The translations under genes and the position numbers were made by a program. A stretch of 64,000 bases of DNA from Ginglymostoma cirratum. Taxonomy: Eukaryota. The stretch spans positions 6,975,654 to 7,039,653 of the forward strand of contig JAHRHZ010000048.1 of the NCBI GenBank assembly GCA_024137785.1. Direction: 5' to 3'. The notes below the pieces were generated by a model. It searched no databases. It worked only from the letters and a program-made list of their open reading frames with translations, and was not told the origin of the DNA. This document shows, in pieces, positions 25,223 to 37,990 of this stretch; position 1 is the first letter of the stretch, and each line of letters opens with the position of its first letter.

Positions 25223-25812
25223 AGAGAGTCATAATCATATAGTTATTGAGTTATACAGCATAGAAACAGACCCCTTGGTCCAACTTGTCCATGCCAACCA
25301 GGTTTCCCAAACTGAGCTAATCCCATTTGCCTGCATGTGGCCTATATTCCTCTAAACTTTTCCTATTGATGTACCTGTCCAAATGTGTTTTAATTGACAT
25401 AACTGTACCTGCATCTACCACTTCCTCTGGCAGTTCATTCCACATACAAATCACCCTCTGCGTGAAAAAAGTTGCCCCTCAGGACCCTTTTAGATCTTTC
25501 CCTCCTCAGCTTAAACCTATGCTCTGTACTTTTGGACACCCCTACACTGGGGGAAATACCTTGACTATTCACCTTATCTATGCCCCTCATGATTTTATAA
25601 ACCATTGTAAGGTCAATTCTTGACTCCCTATACTCCAGTGAAAAATGATCAAGCCTATCCAACCTCTCCTTGTAACTCAAATCCTCTGTCTCGGTAACAT
25701 CTTTGTAATTCTTATTTGCACCATTTCCCATTCAATAATGTCCTTCCCATAGCAGAGCAACCAGAATTGTAGTCAGTACTCCAAGTGTGGCCTTACCGAT
25801 GTCTCGTACAGT
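25222..25812 (-). mobile_element. CR1 LINE 3' fragment, tail-to-tail with the previous copy
   Basis: Minus ORF LSYKERLDRL..FSLE, VYKIMRGIDKV. Confidence 0.88.
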
Positions 25813-27059
25813 CAGATATTATGACACATTTAGTTGGGAAAACACTTTGGGATGTGCTATAGCGGCGAAAGATACTGTACAAATGTGAGCTTTGCTTTTT
25901 CAACCTTGTATGCAACCTGTTGACTTTGCTTCAGAAACATTACCTGCTTATGCTCCTAACTCAATTCCTTCACCCTGAATGCCTTGTGGTCACCTCTTTC
26001 ACCTCAATGAATGATTTCTCAACTGTCCATCTTTCAGCTCTCCCATTTCAAATTCAGTGCAAATCCTCCCTTATGTACTATGTCGTGCTCTAAAATTCCT
26101 TTCAAGATCATAGTGCTCAGTTTCCAACTCTTCTAGAAAACCTTCCCTCGCATTATGGTCTAACTTTTGTGTCTCTTGTTCTGGTTTGTTGCCAATTGTA
26201 TAGCATTTCCTCTTCAATATCAAACTTTGATCTATTTGTTCTTGTCTCTAAAGCTATCCTTTCTGAATTCCATCCTTTCTGAAGCCTCCTAAACACATTT
26301 TCCTTTTACAATGTCATGAGTATCTTCCTGGAACGCCTTCAGTTCCAATTCTATTGCTTCCAAGCTGTAGTTTGCTCTAAGGGTTTTACACGAGTAGCTC
26401 TGTATAAGTGTTAGTGAAATGGATCATCCGTAGGGACCACGAAATGTGTCAACTGAGTTTTGTTGACCATCTGTTAATGTCTGACACAACGTTATTGGAA
26501 TCTATCTGCATATCCCTACATTATACGTTCACTGTTCAAGAATGTTGCAACAGCTATTTTCAAAATGTGTCTGAAGCTAGCTTCACATTACTTCTGACAG
26601 CAACCAGCCATGTAATCTCTATGCAGAATGCAAGCCTATGTAATATGTGAACATGTGTTTTGGGTGAGAAGTATAGACTAGGATATTCACACATTCATTT
26701 TTCCTGAGGGAGGTGGTGCACATTACACCTTTAAGTTACCATTGCAGGGTTTGAACATCAGGAGAAGGTGACAAGGTGTGACTGGAGCAAAGTCTTGGTA
26801 AAAATCTGTTCCACGATGAAAAGAGATCACTAAATGGAAGCACGTAATTATCAGTACATTCATAAAACACTTCTGAAGAAAACATGTTTATTTAACTGAA
26901 GATTTTCCCCTCAAAATAAAATTACATGCATCATGCGCATTGCATCAAATATCTCACTCGCTACATCTTTCAAGACCCAAGTGTGAAATTCATCAGCTGT
27001 TGGCATTTGTTAGCCCACAGTTCTAACACTTCACTCAGTACCACTTTGTTGGTGATTGG

Positions 27060-27383
27060 CATTCAGTCCTTCGAGTCCACATCAACCCTCCGAAGAACAC
27101 CCGACCCTGACCCGCCCCACCTAATTTAAGCCTGTAACCCTGCATTTCCCATGGTTAATGCACCTAACCTACACATCCCTGGGCACTATGGGGCAAATTT
27201 AGCATAGCCAATCCGCCTGCATATCTTTGGACTGTGGGAGGAAATGGAGCATCCAGAGGAAACCAATGCAGACACGGGGAGAATGTGAAAATTCAACACA
27301 GACAGTCACTGAGGGTGGAATCAATCCTGGGTCCCTGGCGCTGTGAGGCAGCAATCCTAACCACTGAGCCACCATGTTGCCCC
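27060..27383 (-). mobile_element. HE1-type V-SINE
   Basis: V-domain and head on the minus strand. Confidence 0.88.
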
Positions 27384-27677
27384 CAGGAATTGTGCTTTTC
27401 CCAAGTTCCTTTTGCGCTTCCATCTCCTGATCTGTAGCTGCTTTTACGATGTTCCTGGCCTCTTTTATAGTGAAGACTGATACACAATGCCTGTTCAATT
27501 CTTTTACCCTCTCTCTCTGTTTTCTACGATCAATTATTTGCTTTCTCTCAGGCCAGTGCTCATTTTGCTCACTCCTCTTTTTTAAAAATATTTCCAAAAT
27601 GCTTATATTTTAGAAAGTGGTTGAGGACAAAACATTGAATATTTTCAAGAAGGAGTTAGATATAGTTATAGAGTCAA

Positions 27678-28475
27678 AGTCATAGAGTCATTGAGTCATA
27701 CAGCACGGGAACAGACCCTTTGGTCCAAACGGTCCATGCCGAATATATCCCATACTAAACTAGTCCCACCTGCCTGTGCTTGGCCAATATTCCTCCAATC
27801 ATTTTCTATTCACGAATTTAACTGAATATCTTTTAGATGTTATAACTGTACCTGCATCCATCACTTCTTCTGTAAGTTCATTCCACACATGAACCACTTT
27901 TGTCTAAAAGAATTGCCCTCATGTTTTTTTAAATCTTTCGCTTCTCACCTTAAAAAATATGCCCCCTAGTCTTGAAATTCCCCATCCTAGGGAAAAGACA
28001 CCTGCCATTCACCTGATCTATACCCGTCCTTATTTAATAAAGCACTTTGAGGCCACCTCTCAACCTCCTATGCTCCTGTGAAAAAAGTCTTAGCCTATCC
28101 AGCCTCTCCTTATAACCCAAACCCTCTATTCCCAGCAACATCCTGGTAAATCTCTTCTGAACCCTCTCCAGCTTAATAATGTCATTCCTATAACAGGGAG
28201 GCTGGACTGGTCATGGTACTACAGAAGAGGCGTCAGCAATGTCCTGTACACCCTCAACATAGCGTCCCAACTCCTATACTGAAAGGTCTGAGCAATGAAG
28301 GCAAGTGTGCTAAATGCCTTCTTAACCACCTTATCTATATGTGATGCAAACTTCAAAGAATTATGTACCTGAACCCCTAGGTCTCCGTGTTCTACAACAC
28401 TACCCAAAGCCCTTCTTTTAATTGCATAAGTCTTGAGTTTGTTTGTTTTACCAAAATGAAACTCCAAATTAAAAT
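27678..28475 (-). mobile_element. CR1 LINE 3' fragment inserted in another CR1 3' end
   Basis: Minus ORF GSVVEHGDLGVQVHNSLK..KAFSTLAFI; (catagagt)n tail; plus-strand CR1 pieces flank it at ~27605-27675 and ~28480-28560. Confidence 0.88.
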
Positions 28476-29607
28476 TCTTAGGCCTCAAGAGATCAGAGTA
28501 TAGGGAGAAAGTGGGAATAGAGTACTGAGTTGGATGTTCATAATGAATGGAGGAATGCGAGTGAGGGCCAGGGGCATTAACCTTAGTGGGTACTGTGCAC
28601 CATGTTGGTTGGGTTGTTGGGAGGGCATCCTGGTGTCATTACTCTGGGAAGAGTGTTTTCTTTCCTTCAATCCATCCAGCATCACTTGCAACTTGGCTTC
28701 CCCAAGGCTTAGGTGAACTTTTGTCTCTTTGACACAAAGTTCAACAGTGTTGAATCAAAGGTTATTGGGAATAAGTGGGAAAATGGAACTAGAAATGCAA
28801 TGGATTCAGCCATGATCTTATCAAATGGCAAAGCAGACATAAGGAGCCAATTGGCCTATTTCTGTCATAATTCATAGTCTATTGGTTTATGCATGTTAAG
28901 GGTGACCACCACAAGGCTGAATGGAAACTCTTAGCTCACGGTATGTGAAGTGGTCTGTGGTCAGTGAGCTGGCCTTTAAATATAGCTCCAGAACCTACAA
29001 CTTCTGAAGGAACCATCAAAGATGACAGCTTCCTGCTTGCTGGCCCCACGTGATTTACTGAGTCACTTATAGAACTTCTCAGATGCTTTAGTACTGAAGG
29101 GACAAGCATGTAATCACGAGAAATAACACCCCCACCCCACCCCAGTCTTGGAAGTGACAACCTTTAACTTGCTTGCCATCAAATTTTAACTCCAAAATGC
29201 AAACTCCTGTCTCAGGACTCTAATTGTCTGACACCATAGACACAATAACGTAACAAAATTTCTTAGCCACTTCCAGGGTAATCAAGGATGGTAGATAGGT
29301 GATATCCTGTCCCATAAACATGGGTTTCTTGGTACTTATGATGTAAGCAAACAGATGCCTGGCATGGGAAAGATATTTCATGAGTCTTTGTAGCTGTATT
29401 TCTATCTGAATGATTAATGCTACATCGTCAGCTTGAAGGAGTTGTGTAGTAGAGGTAAGCTGAGCTTTTGTCTTTGCTTTCAGTCAAGACAGACTGTTGA
29501 GCTTTTTGTCAGGTGTCATATGCAGGTAAACTCTTTCCATTGTCAGCTGGGTAGTCGATGATCAGGAGCATGGTGAAGAAAATATAAGACAAAGTCAGGT
29601 TCATAGT

Positions 29608-30238
29608 GCATAGAATCCCTACAGTGTGGAAGCAGGCCATTTGGCCCATCGTGTCCACACTGACCCTCTGAAGAGCTTCCACCCAGACCCAGCCCTCACC
29701 CTGTCCCTGTAAGTCTGCATTTCCCGTCCACCTAACCTGCACAACCCTGGATACTATGGACAATTTAGCATGACCAATCCATCTAACCCACACATCTTTG
29801 GACTGTGGGAGGAAACCAGAGCACCCAGAGGAAACTCATACAGACAATGTGCGAACTCAACACAGACAGTTGCCCAAGGATGGAATCAAACCTGGGTCCC
29901 TGGCACTGTGAGGCAGCAGTGAATCATAGAATCATAGACTCCCTACGGTGTGGAAACAGGCCCTTCAGCCCAACAAGTCCACAGAGCATCCGACCCAGAC
30001 CCAACCCCTATAACCCACCTAACCTACACATCCCTGAACACTATGGGCAATTTAGCATGGACAGTCCACCTGCATATCTTTGGACTGTGGGAGGAAACCG
30101 GTACACCCGGAAGAAACCCACACAGACACGGGGAGAACGTGCAAACTCCACACAGACAGTCACCCTAGGGTGGAATTGAACCCGGGTCTCTGGAGCTGTG
30201 AGGCAGCAGTGCTAACCATTGAGCCACCGTGCCACTCC
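29608..30238 (-). mobile_element. Two tandem HE1-type SINEs (junction ~29921)
   Basis: Two successive tail/V-domain/head units. Confidence 0.88.
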
Positions 30239-30804
30239 CATATGGGCAAGTATCTCTCGGAAGCTCTCAGAAATGACATTATCCAACTTTACAGTAGAGT
30301 GGATATTGTCACGAAAGAATGGATAAGATTCAGGGGTAGGGTTGAACAATCTATCTTCACCAAGTAGTTTTAGAGTCCTGCCTTAGCCGATGGTGTTACA
30401 TGCTTTCACGAGAGCGATCAAAAAGAAGATAAAGAGGTACATCCTATTCTTATTCTCTTGTAGCGAGCGTGTGGACAAGATCATATCCACTGCGGATCTG
30501 TCAGACTGCTTCTGGATCAAACTAAAAATAGTTGGAGTTTTTTAAGCCTGGGCCCACCAAAGACCATTTTTAAAATGCAGAAGAGTGAGATGCTCCCGTA
30601 ATTGTTGCAAACGTTTCTATCGTAGATAATAGGAATTTCTGTATTTTTCTACGATGTGATGATTTTTGTGTCACACATTTACTTTCACAATATACGATTG
30701 CCCTGAATGTAAGACGTTGAAATCATAAAGTCATTTCCACAAATAAAAGTTTGTGTATAATAAGCGCGAGAAGGGTGGAGAGAAGTCAAAAATGTATTTG
30801 GTGA

Positions 30805-31053
30805 ATAAAAGCAAAATACTGTGGAGTATGGAAATCTGAAACAGAAGCAGAAAATGCTGAAGAAACTCAGCAGCTCCGGCAACATCTTTAGAGATAGAAA
30901 CAGAGTTAATGTCTTGAGTCTGGTATGGCTCTTCTCTGAAACCCAGAACTGGGCTCAAAAGAGTAATACTGGACTTGAAACATTAACTGTTTCTCACTCC
31001 ACAGATGTTGCTAGTCACATTGATTTTCTCCATTGCTTTCTGTTTCTATTTCA
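30805..31053. mobile_element. Penelope-terminus-derived palindromic mini-element
   Basis: gaaacagaagcagaaaatgctgaagaaactcagc ... ttttctccattgctttctgtttctatttc inverted arms. Confidence 0.7.
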
Positions 31054-31442
31054 AAACCATACTTGTCAGGGGTAAGTAGGATTTCATACTTTTACAGCAG
31101 ACATATTGGGACCAAATTTCTTTGATTGTTGTCTTGAAATGTTGCTATAATTATGGCAAGGTTTATGGCAGAATAGCTTGAAGAAGGCACAGATCTTTGG
31201 AGTTTTGTTCTTAACCTGGATTGAGGTTTGCTGCTTGTCTTGAATGCAGCCTCTATCTGCCTCTCAGAAGGAGACTGACAATGGGCTGCAGGCCTGGGAA
31301 TTCCTCTGCTGGGAGCTCCTGCCTCTTTGATCCAGTGTAAGGCAGTGGAAGACAAGGTGGCCCTATGGGGTAAGGCATATCAGATGGTAAAGGCAGTAGT
31401 GGGTGAGGGAAGCAGGCTACTCTCTAAGGAGTCATAGTGCCT

Positions 31443-31793
31443 GAATCATAGAATCCCTACAGTGCAGATAGAGGCCATTTGGCCCATCAGCTCTGCACTG
31501 ACCGTCTGTAGAGCTTCGCACCCAGACCCACCCTATCCCTGTAACCCTGCATTTACCACGGCCATCCTATTTAGCCTGCACATCTCTCAATACTATGAGG
31601 CAATTTAACATGGTTTGCACCTAACTTGCACATCTTTGGACTGTGGGAGGAAACCGGAGCACCTGGAGGAAACCCACGCAGACACGGGGAGAATGTGCAA
31701 ACTCCACACAGACAGTTGCCTGAGGGTGGAATTGAATCTGGGTCACTGGCACTGTGAGGCAGCAGTGCTAACCACTGAGCCACCGTGCCACCC
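31443..31793 (-). mobile_element. HE1-type V-SINE
   Basis: Full head, V-domain and tail. Confidence 0.9.
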
Positions 31794-33489
31794 TCAGGTA
31801 ACTGAAAAAGGTAACTGGTTAGGATCTGGTGGGTGGTAATCCCTTTCTCCACCGATGTTAGCTGCCACATCTGTGCTGGGGAACAGGCATCCATTAACAT
31901 TGTGCGACTGTGCTGTCCACCCACCAATGCTACTCACGCAAGCAGTGTCAATGCTGGAGGTCACTGGTGCCCGTTATTCTGATGTTACCAGCTGCATTTA
32001 AGCCCTTTTTTTAATGCCATTGAACTCAACAAAACACCAAAATATGGAATGAACTGCCAAAACAGAAATAAAGTGGTCACTTTGTAAGAATTTTTACAAT
32101 GTACTGGAAAATTCAGGTATCAACAAGTGTTTGATAAGGAAAGAGGGTAATGTTTTATTATCCCATCGACCTGAACCATTCCTTCTTGCTACTGATTTTG
32201 CAGCACTTTTCCTCTTTATTTTACTGACATACTGACCTATTGTTACTTCTGCTGTCATCATTTTATATGTCAATGTAAGCCTATTACTGTTTATATTCAC
32301 CTTGCTCAAAATAAACGTTCTATTTCAGTGCCTTTACAATAAACTGCAATAAGCCTTTAACTTTCCAACTATCCTCTCTTTTTCCCATCCTGTTGTTTCA
32401 ACACAATTTGTTGCTCATGTCGAGGAACACAAAACTTGCACAAACTCATAGATTACAACGTTCGAACAACTATCTTATGCAATCTTTATTTGTATTTTAA
32501 CTTGTCATTTTCAGTCAAATCAAAAAGCAGTTTAGTAGCGAGACAAATGATAAAATAAATTTCTGACAGATTACCTAGCTCGTTAGCCGTGCGCGCCAGA
32601 ACTCTGAGTGAATTGTCCTTTTTATTGTTGTTTTCAAGGTACTTCTGAACCCACAAGGGTTCAGATTTCTGTTGAACATAGCTGCACCTGGTCTGCATGT
32701 TCAGCACTTCCAACTTCGATGATATATAAGCTTTTCCTATCATTGACAATATGATGGATAATAAACAAGCGCCACATGTTTGTTTCTGTGTAGCACAGCC
32801 AAGATTCTGCACTTACCAGGTAAATCGAACCTCATCAAGCACCTTCATCAGGGCGATTAAGCCAGAAAGACTGACTGTGGGGCCCAATTTAAAAGGCATG
32901 AATCCTAACATTTGGGGCTTGAAGTAATTTTGCCACAAGTTATGTGCCAAAACATGATCTCAATGTGGTTGGCGATGTGGTTGGTATTAAAACTGACTGG
33001 ACTTCAATCACTACAAGTCTGCTAAAATGTAAAAGTAGGGATCCCGTGTGTGGATGTTATCGAAGCTTGAATTACACTATTGATTCAATTTTTACACATA
33101 TGCAGTACACGGGAAAAACAGGCCTAATATTAGGAGATTATGAAATTAGCAATCAATCCTAACCTGGATTGATAATGGTGGCTTGCAGTTTAAAATCTGT
33201 TCTGGATTCGGCTTTTTGTGCAAGATGTGTTCATTCTTTAAACTATGGACCCGATTTTAACTGCCGCTGCTGGGAGGAAACCAGGGAAGTTTAAATTACG
33301 TTGCAGTCTCTCACTTTTTTCACTCAGTCACTTTTCTCTCTCTGATCCCATCCAAGGACCAATCTGCAATTCTTGTTGGGGGTCTGAGTGGTGAAATACT
33401 GACAGTTTTTCTGCCAGAGCAGATCTACCAGGAGATGAATCACTGGACAGAAGAGATCCAGTTTGCTATGTATCTATACTTCTATTTTG

Positions 33490-33768
33490 TTTTTATAATT
33501 TCAAAATAAACCCTATTCAGAAAAGATTTCTATATATATGTATGTATATGTATACACACATGTATTATATACACAGAAACAAGCACAGTTCAGTTCTGTA
33601 CAGTAGCATATCAAAGAAACAAACAAACGTTGGAATTTGACTCTATCTAAACAAAGGCATCTTTTGTTTGAAAAAAGCCATCTTTTATTTGAACACGACT
33701 ATATTTACATGCATTTGAGGCATTGGGAGGGTCCGATAACTGAATGGGACCCCATATAACTTCAGCTG
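33490..33768 (-). mobile_element. Tx1/L1-type LINE 3'UTR fragment (contains a TA/TG microsatellite)
   Basis: Reverse complement of 34088-34320 (gaccctccca.., gatagagtcaaa, gctactgtac.gaactgaactg). Confidence 0.65.
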
Positions 33769-33994
33769 TTATTAAAGGGATATCCAACTGAATTAATAAA
33801 CCCTGATTTCAAAGGGAGGATGTGGGTGTGGGGTGTGGGAGTTGGTGCTGTGAAAAGAGTGGGTATGGTACAAGTAATCCCCAGTGTGGATAATAAAGAC
33901 AAACGCATGGAACCAAACCTGACTTGATCCCTAGTTTGAGCAGGAATTCAGTGGCAGCATGCCATAGCCAGAGATTGAGGTAGATACCCAGAAT

Positions 33995-34320
33995 TAAATA
34001 GAGTGTTGCAGACTGGCACATTCCAAGGTCCAGGACTACACGGTGAGGGAAGGCGCTGTGGGGAAAGACCACCATCTGAGGACTTCCTGCTGAAGGTAAA
34101 TGGGGGTCTGTTCAATTATCAGACCCTCCCAGCGCCTCAAGTATATGTGAATTTAATCTTGCAAAAGTCAGAAATGCCTTTGGTTTGTTTGTTAGATAGA
34201 GTCAAACTCCAATATTTGTATATTTCTTCAAATGCTACTGTACGGAACTGAACTGCTTCAGTGATAATGTATTAAATAAAGATATTTAATGAATAAAGTA
34301 CATCTTTAAAGTAAAAAAAG
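33995..34320 (+). mobile_element. Tx1/L1-type LINE 3' end
   Basis: CCRLAHSKVQDY...WGKTT* C-terminus, 3'UTR, aataaa and A-rich tail. Confidence 0.65.
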
Positions 34321-35098
34321 ACTTTAACAAGCATTCAGTGTTTCTGGGAACAACTCAAAGCTGCATGATAACAGTGACTCTGGTTTCTCTTCCCTGTTCC
34401 GCCTCACTGATCTCATGTCTCTTCATTGAACCAGCCCAGCACAGGCCTCCTCATGACTTCTGCGCATTGGCTTAAAACTTCAAAAAACACCTTCGGTTTC
34501 ATAGGCCACTGGCTCTCATTTCAAACCAATTATTTCCAGAACTCCAACTGCAGCAAGGTTTACTGTTTTTTCACTGAGGGTGACTGTAGTCTTCTACCTT
34601 CAGCTTCCAGCCAAATAAATCATCTAGCTGTTTTCCTCCTTTCCAAACAAGTCTTTTTTTAAGCATAAGCTCCCAGTCTCATGGATGACGTCATTTGTAT
34701 GAAATGACAGATCTTGCATTTACTCTATTTCTGGTGTAAGTCTGAAATTATCTGTTAACTTCCAAGGTACCATAAGCTACATAAAACCCACGTTGGCACG
34801 AAGAGTTGAATTTTTTTTCTTTTGCAGTTAAAGCATGATGGTAGCTGAGTTTCATGGCCTCTGGTTCATGTTGGATTGGGGCAAAGTTTCTCATGCAATC
34901 CTTCACTTTTCACCCTTCATTAGAAAAGCAACTGAGGTGTTTCGTGGGGTACCACATGGCAGGAGAGGCATAAATGCTTGCCATTTCCAGGATCTTCTAG
35001 CTCACCTACCTCTGGCATCATGCTTAAAGCTCAACTGCGCACCACTTCCGTTACTGCTAGCCATGATCTGTGGTGTGTAGCCCTGAAGTTTGAAGATT

Positions 35099-35330
35099 AT
35101 GAAGAGGAAAAGCAAACCAGCTCCTTGCTTTCAGGACAGGGATATGGAAATGCAAGTGGACATAGTGATGGAGAGGAGGACAGTCCTTTATCCTGCTGAC
35201 CACCAGAGGTGACCATCCCAATAGCCAGTCTAGGCACAAATAGCAGTCTGGGGTCAGTGCTGTGTTCCAAATGAGAGAACACTTCCAGCAGTGCAGAAGG
35301 AAGATCAATGATCTCCTATGCTCACAGAGG
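35099..35330 (+). pseudogene. Myb/SANT-like DNA-binding gene (first exon) of a Harbinger transposon
   Basis: MKRKSKPAPCFQDRDMEMQVDIVMERRTVLYP...*AQIA..VSAV...QQCRRKINDL; three stops and one frameshift; followed by a GT donor. Confidence 0.75.
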
Positions 35331-36505
35331 GGTACGTACTGTCATCTTCTCTCTGTTATTTCACACTCACAACTCTGCCACTGCAAAGCCGACTCACCTC
35401 GACTCACATACTGGTACAGACCTGCATCAATGTCAAGGCGAGACTACTAAAGGCAAGTCCCACATACCTTCTGAACCACCTTATCCTCCTGGATCTATGG
35501 ACATGCACATCAAGGTCTCTCTGTGCTTCCCAGGGTTCTACCAGAGTTGTACTTTCTTGCCTTTTTAATCCTCCCAATATCCATCACCTCTCACTTTTCA
35601 GGATTAAATTCCATTTGCTAATTTTCAGCCCATCTGACCAACCTTCTCACTGTCACCTCTCCACAGCTGGTCAAAGAAGAAAGGTCCAAGTCTCTGACAG
35701 TCAGAGGAATGGCAAAAGAACCTACTCGCCCCCAGGCAAAAGATGTTCCCTCCAGCCGTTAATGACTTGGTCAATCTGCAGAAACAGGCAAAGGAATATC
35801 AGGCAGTTTTGCCAGTCAATTGGTAAGCTGGAGCGAAGGATAGAAGGATGAATGAAGGATAAACAGTCTACCAGTATTCTCAACACTATGCCAGCACCAG
35901 CATATACGTGACCAGCTGGTCCCTGGACAGGTTGGCCACTGCCCTAGAGACCCAGGTCCTACAGAATGCTCCGTATCTGTACATATGTGTACAGACCTGC
36001 ATCAATGGCAAGATGAGATGGAGGTGCATGCCTCTTCTACTCAGGGTGCCAGGGTGGGGCACTCAAGCACCCACAAGGAGGAGAAGCAACACCTAGGGCC
36101 CCTTGCAGAGTGCCCCCCCACCATCCCCACTACTCATCCTAAAGGCTGCAGTACTACAATCCAAGGAAGAGGAGCATGCACCTGAGCAGGAGACGTTCAG
36201 CAGACATGGACCCTCTAGGCCAAAGTGCACCAGGGGATGACTGCACAAGTCTTGCAAGTCAGCAAGGCTAATGAGAGAGCCTCTGCTATGGACTTGAACG
36301 GAGTAGGAGTCTGAGGAAAAAGAAAGTATACTGAGGCTTCGTTGGAGGCAGAAGGGCAACAACATTGTAAATAATCCATCATTTTTGTATATACCTTTTC
36401 ACCTAAAATAGAAAAACCTGTGAAATACAAGTAACACATGGAAGTGAGCATATTGGTTGTTCTGGAGCTCCATTCTGAAGTATACAGGATTCAGGTCAGT
36501 GTGTC

Positions 36506-36620
36506 TCATTTGTCAGAAACACAGGGAGCGCTGGAGAAACTCAACAGGTCTGACAACATCTGTGGAGAGAGAAAAACAGAGCTAACATTTTGAGTCTGGT
36601 ATGACTCTTCTTTCAGAACG
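36506..36620 (-). mobile_element. Penelope terminus fragment
   Basis: gctggagaaactcaacaggtctgacaacatctgtggagaga...gactcttctttcagaac. Confidence 0.65.
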
Positions 36621-36994
36621 GGTCTCCTCTGCAAATTGTACCGACTTCTCCTTCTAGTTACTGCAGTATAATTTTGACTGTTGGACCTGTTTAGGTCAAA
36701 CTGATGGAGATGAACAGCACCTTCACACATCGCAAGGAAAGAAGTTGCAGCAGGTGCACATCTCTCACAAGCTACCGATTCCTTGACTGCAGATAGCCCC
36801 AAACATCAGGGATCCATGCACCATGGCATTGTACTTTAATGTGAACAACACTGAGGCTAAACTTAATGTGCGTAGAACATGCTAAGGCCTACTCTCATAC
36901 TTTCTTCCACACTTCTATCCATTTTTGAGTGAGAACAAGAAATCAGTGATGATTTTGCAATTCTCTGCAGGGAAAGGCTCATTCCATGTATCAG

Positions 36995-37413
36995 CTTTTC
37001 AACAAGACACAAGTCAGGAGTGTGATGGAATGCTCCTCAATTTTACCTCATCATAGACAGGGCAGCTCACTTGATTGGCATCATATTCACAAGCATTCAT
37101 CCCACAGCCATTGGCGATCAGTAACATCAGGTTCCTTAGACAGACCGTCCAAATCCATGACCACTTCTATGTAGAAGAAGGGTAGCAGATATATGGGAAC
37201 ACCAGCATCTAATTTCCCATCCAAGCCACTCACCATCCCGACTTGGAAATATATCACCATTCCCTCATTGAACTCCAACACCAACGGCATTGTGGGTCAA
37301 CCCACAGCATGCGGTTCAAGAAGACAAATCACCACCACCTTCTAAAAGGCAACTAGGGATGGGCCATACACGCTGGCCAAGCCAGTGATATCCGCGTTGC
37401 ATGAATGAATTTC
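36995..37413 (+). mobile_element. Family B LINE 3' end
   Basis: caagtcaggagtgtgatggaa ... gcaactagggatgggc ... (tgaa)n tail. Confidence 0.8.
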
Positions 37414-37990
37414 TAAAAGACACTGCTGTTCCAAGGCTGGCCGATGTACAATGTGCAATCCTCTTGTCAACTCTTCCTCATAGTCTGGTGTTCTGTCAAG
37501 AAAAGCTGCACAAAGTGCCCTTTATAGGTTCGACCCCATGGTAAAAGATGTTTAGGCATTTCAACGCAACTAAACAGTTAGTGAGCTGCTGAAATATTGA
37601 TGGGATACCCGTGGTGGAAGATTTAAAAGAATATTCCTCAGGATTCCTGTCAACTTGTTGGCTATCGTGAGGGACTTTATAGCACTATGCTTTCATAAGA
37701 TATCTTGTCATACACTCAAAGAGCATCCTAACCTTTGTTCCAGGCAATTTTAAAGCACTGTCTCACTTACTGCTGTTTCTTTTTTAATCAAATGGTAGAT
37801 AATTTAAATTGAGATCATATGTAATGTCATGTGGATTTTGAGACATTTTTTCAGTAACACAGAAAGTCAAGGACCAAAAAAAAAACAAGGTCATAAATTT
37901 ACGAAGATCCACATGCCCTTTGCATTAAACAGGGATGCATGCTAGATTGGCAATAGAATCCCAAACAATTAAACTATGTCCATATCAAAT

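Noticed and set aside
29483-29525. ~42-nt micro-exon candidate (tttcag|...cag|gtaaac)
   Set aside because: No recognisable peptide or neighbouring compatible exons; such sites occur by chance.
30241-30700. Tc1-like N-terminus (MGKYLSEALRNDIIQLY) or ancient RTE fragment
   Set aside because: No downstream paired/HTH or DDE motifs and no TIRs; the alternative RTE echoes are too weak to call.
32575-32736. Resemblance of KLEVLN...LWVQKYLE to a CXCL12-like chemokine C-terminus
   Set aside because: No signal peptide, no CXC motif and a wrong cysteine pattern.
35318-35851. 177-aa ORF as a gene
   Set aside because: Spans a Harbinger intron and an antisense CR1 fragment; not a coherent protein.
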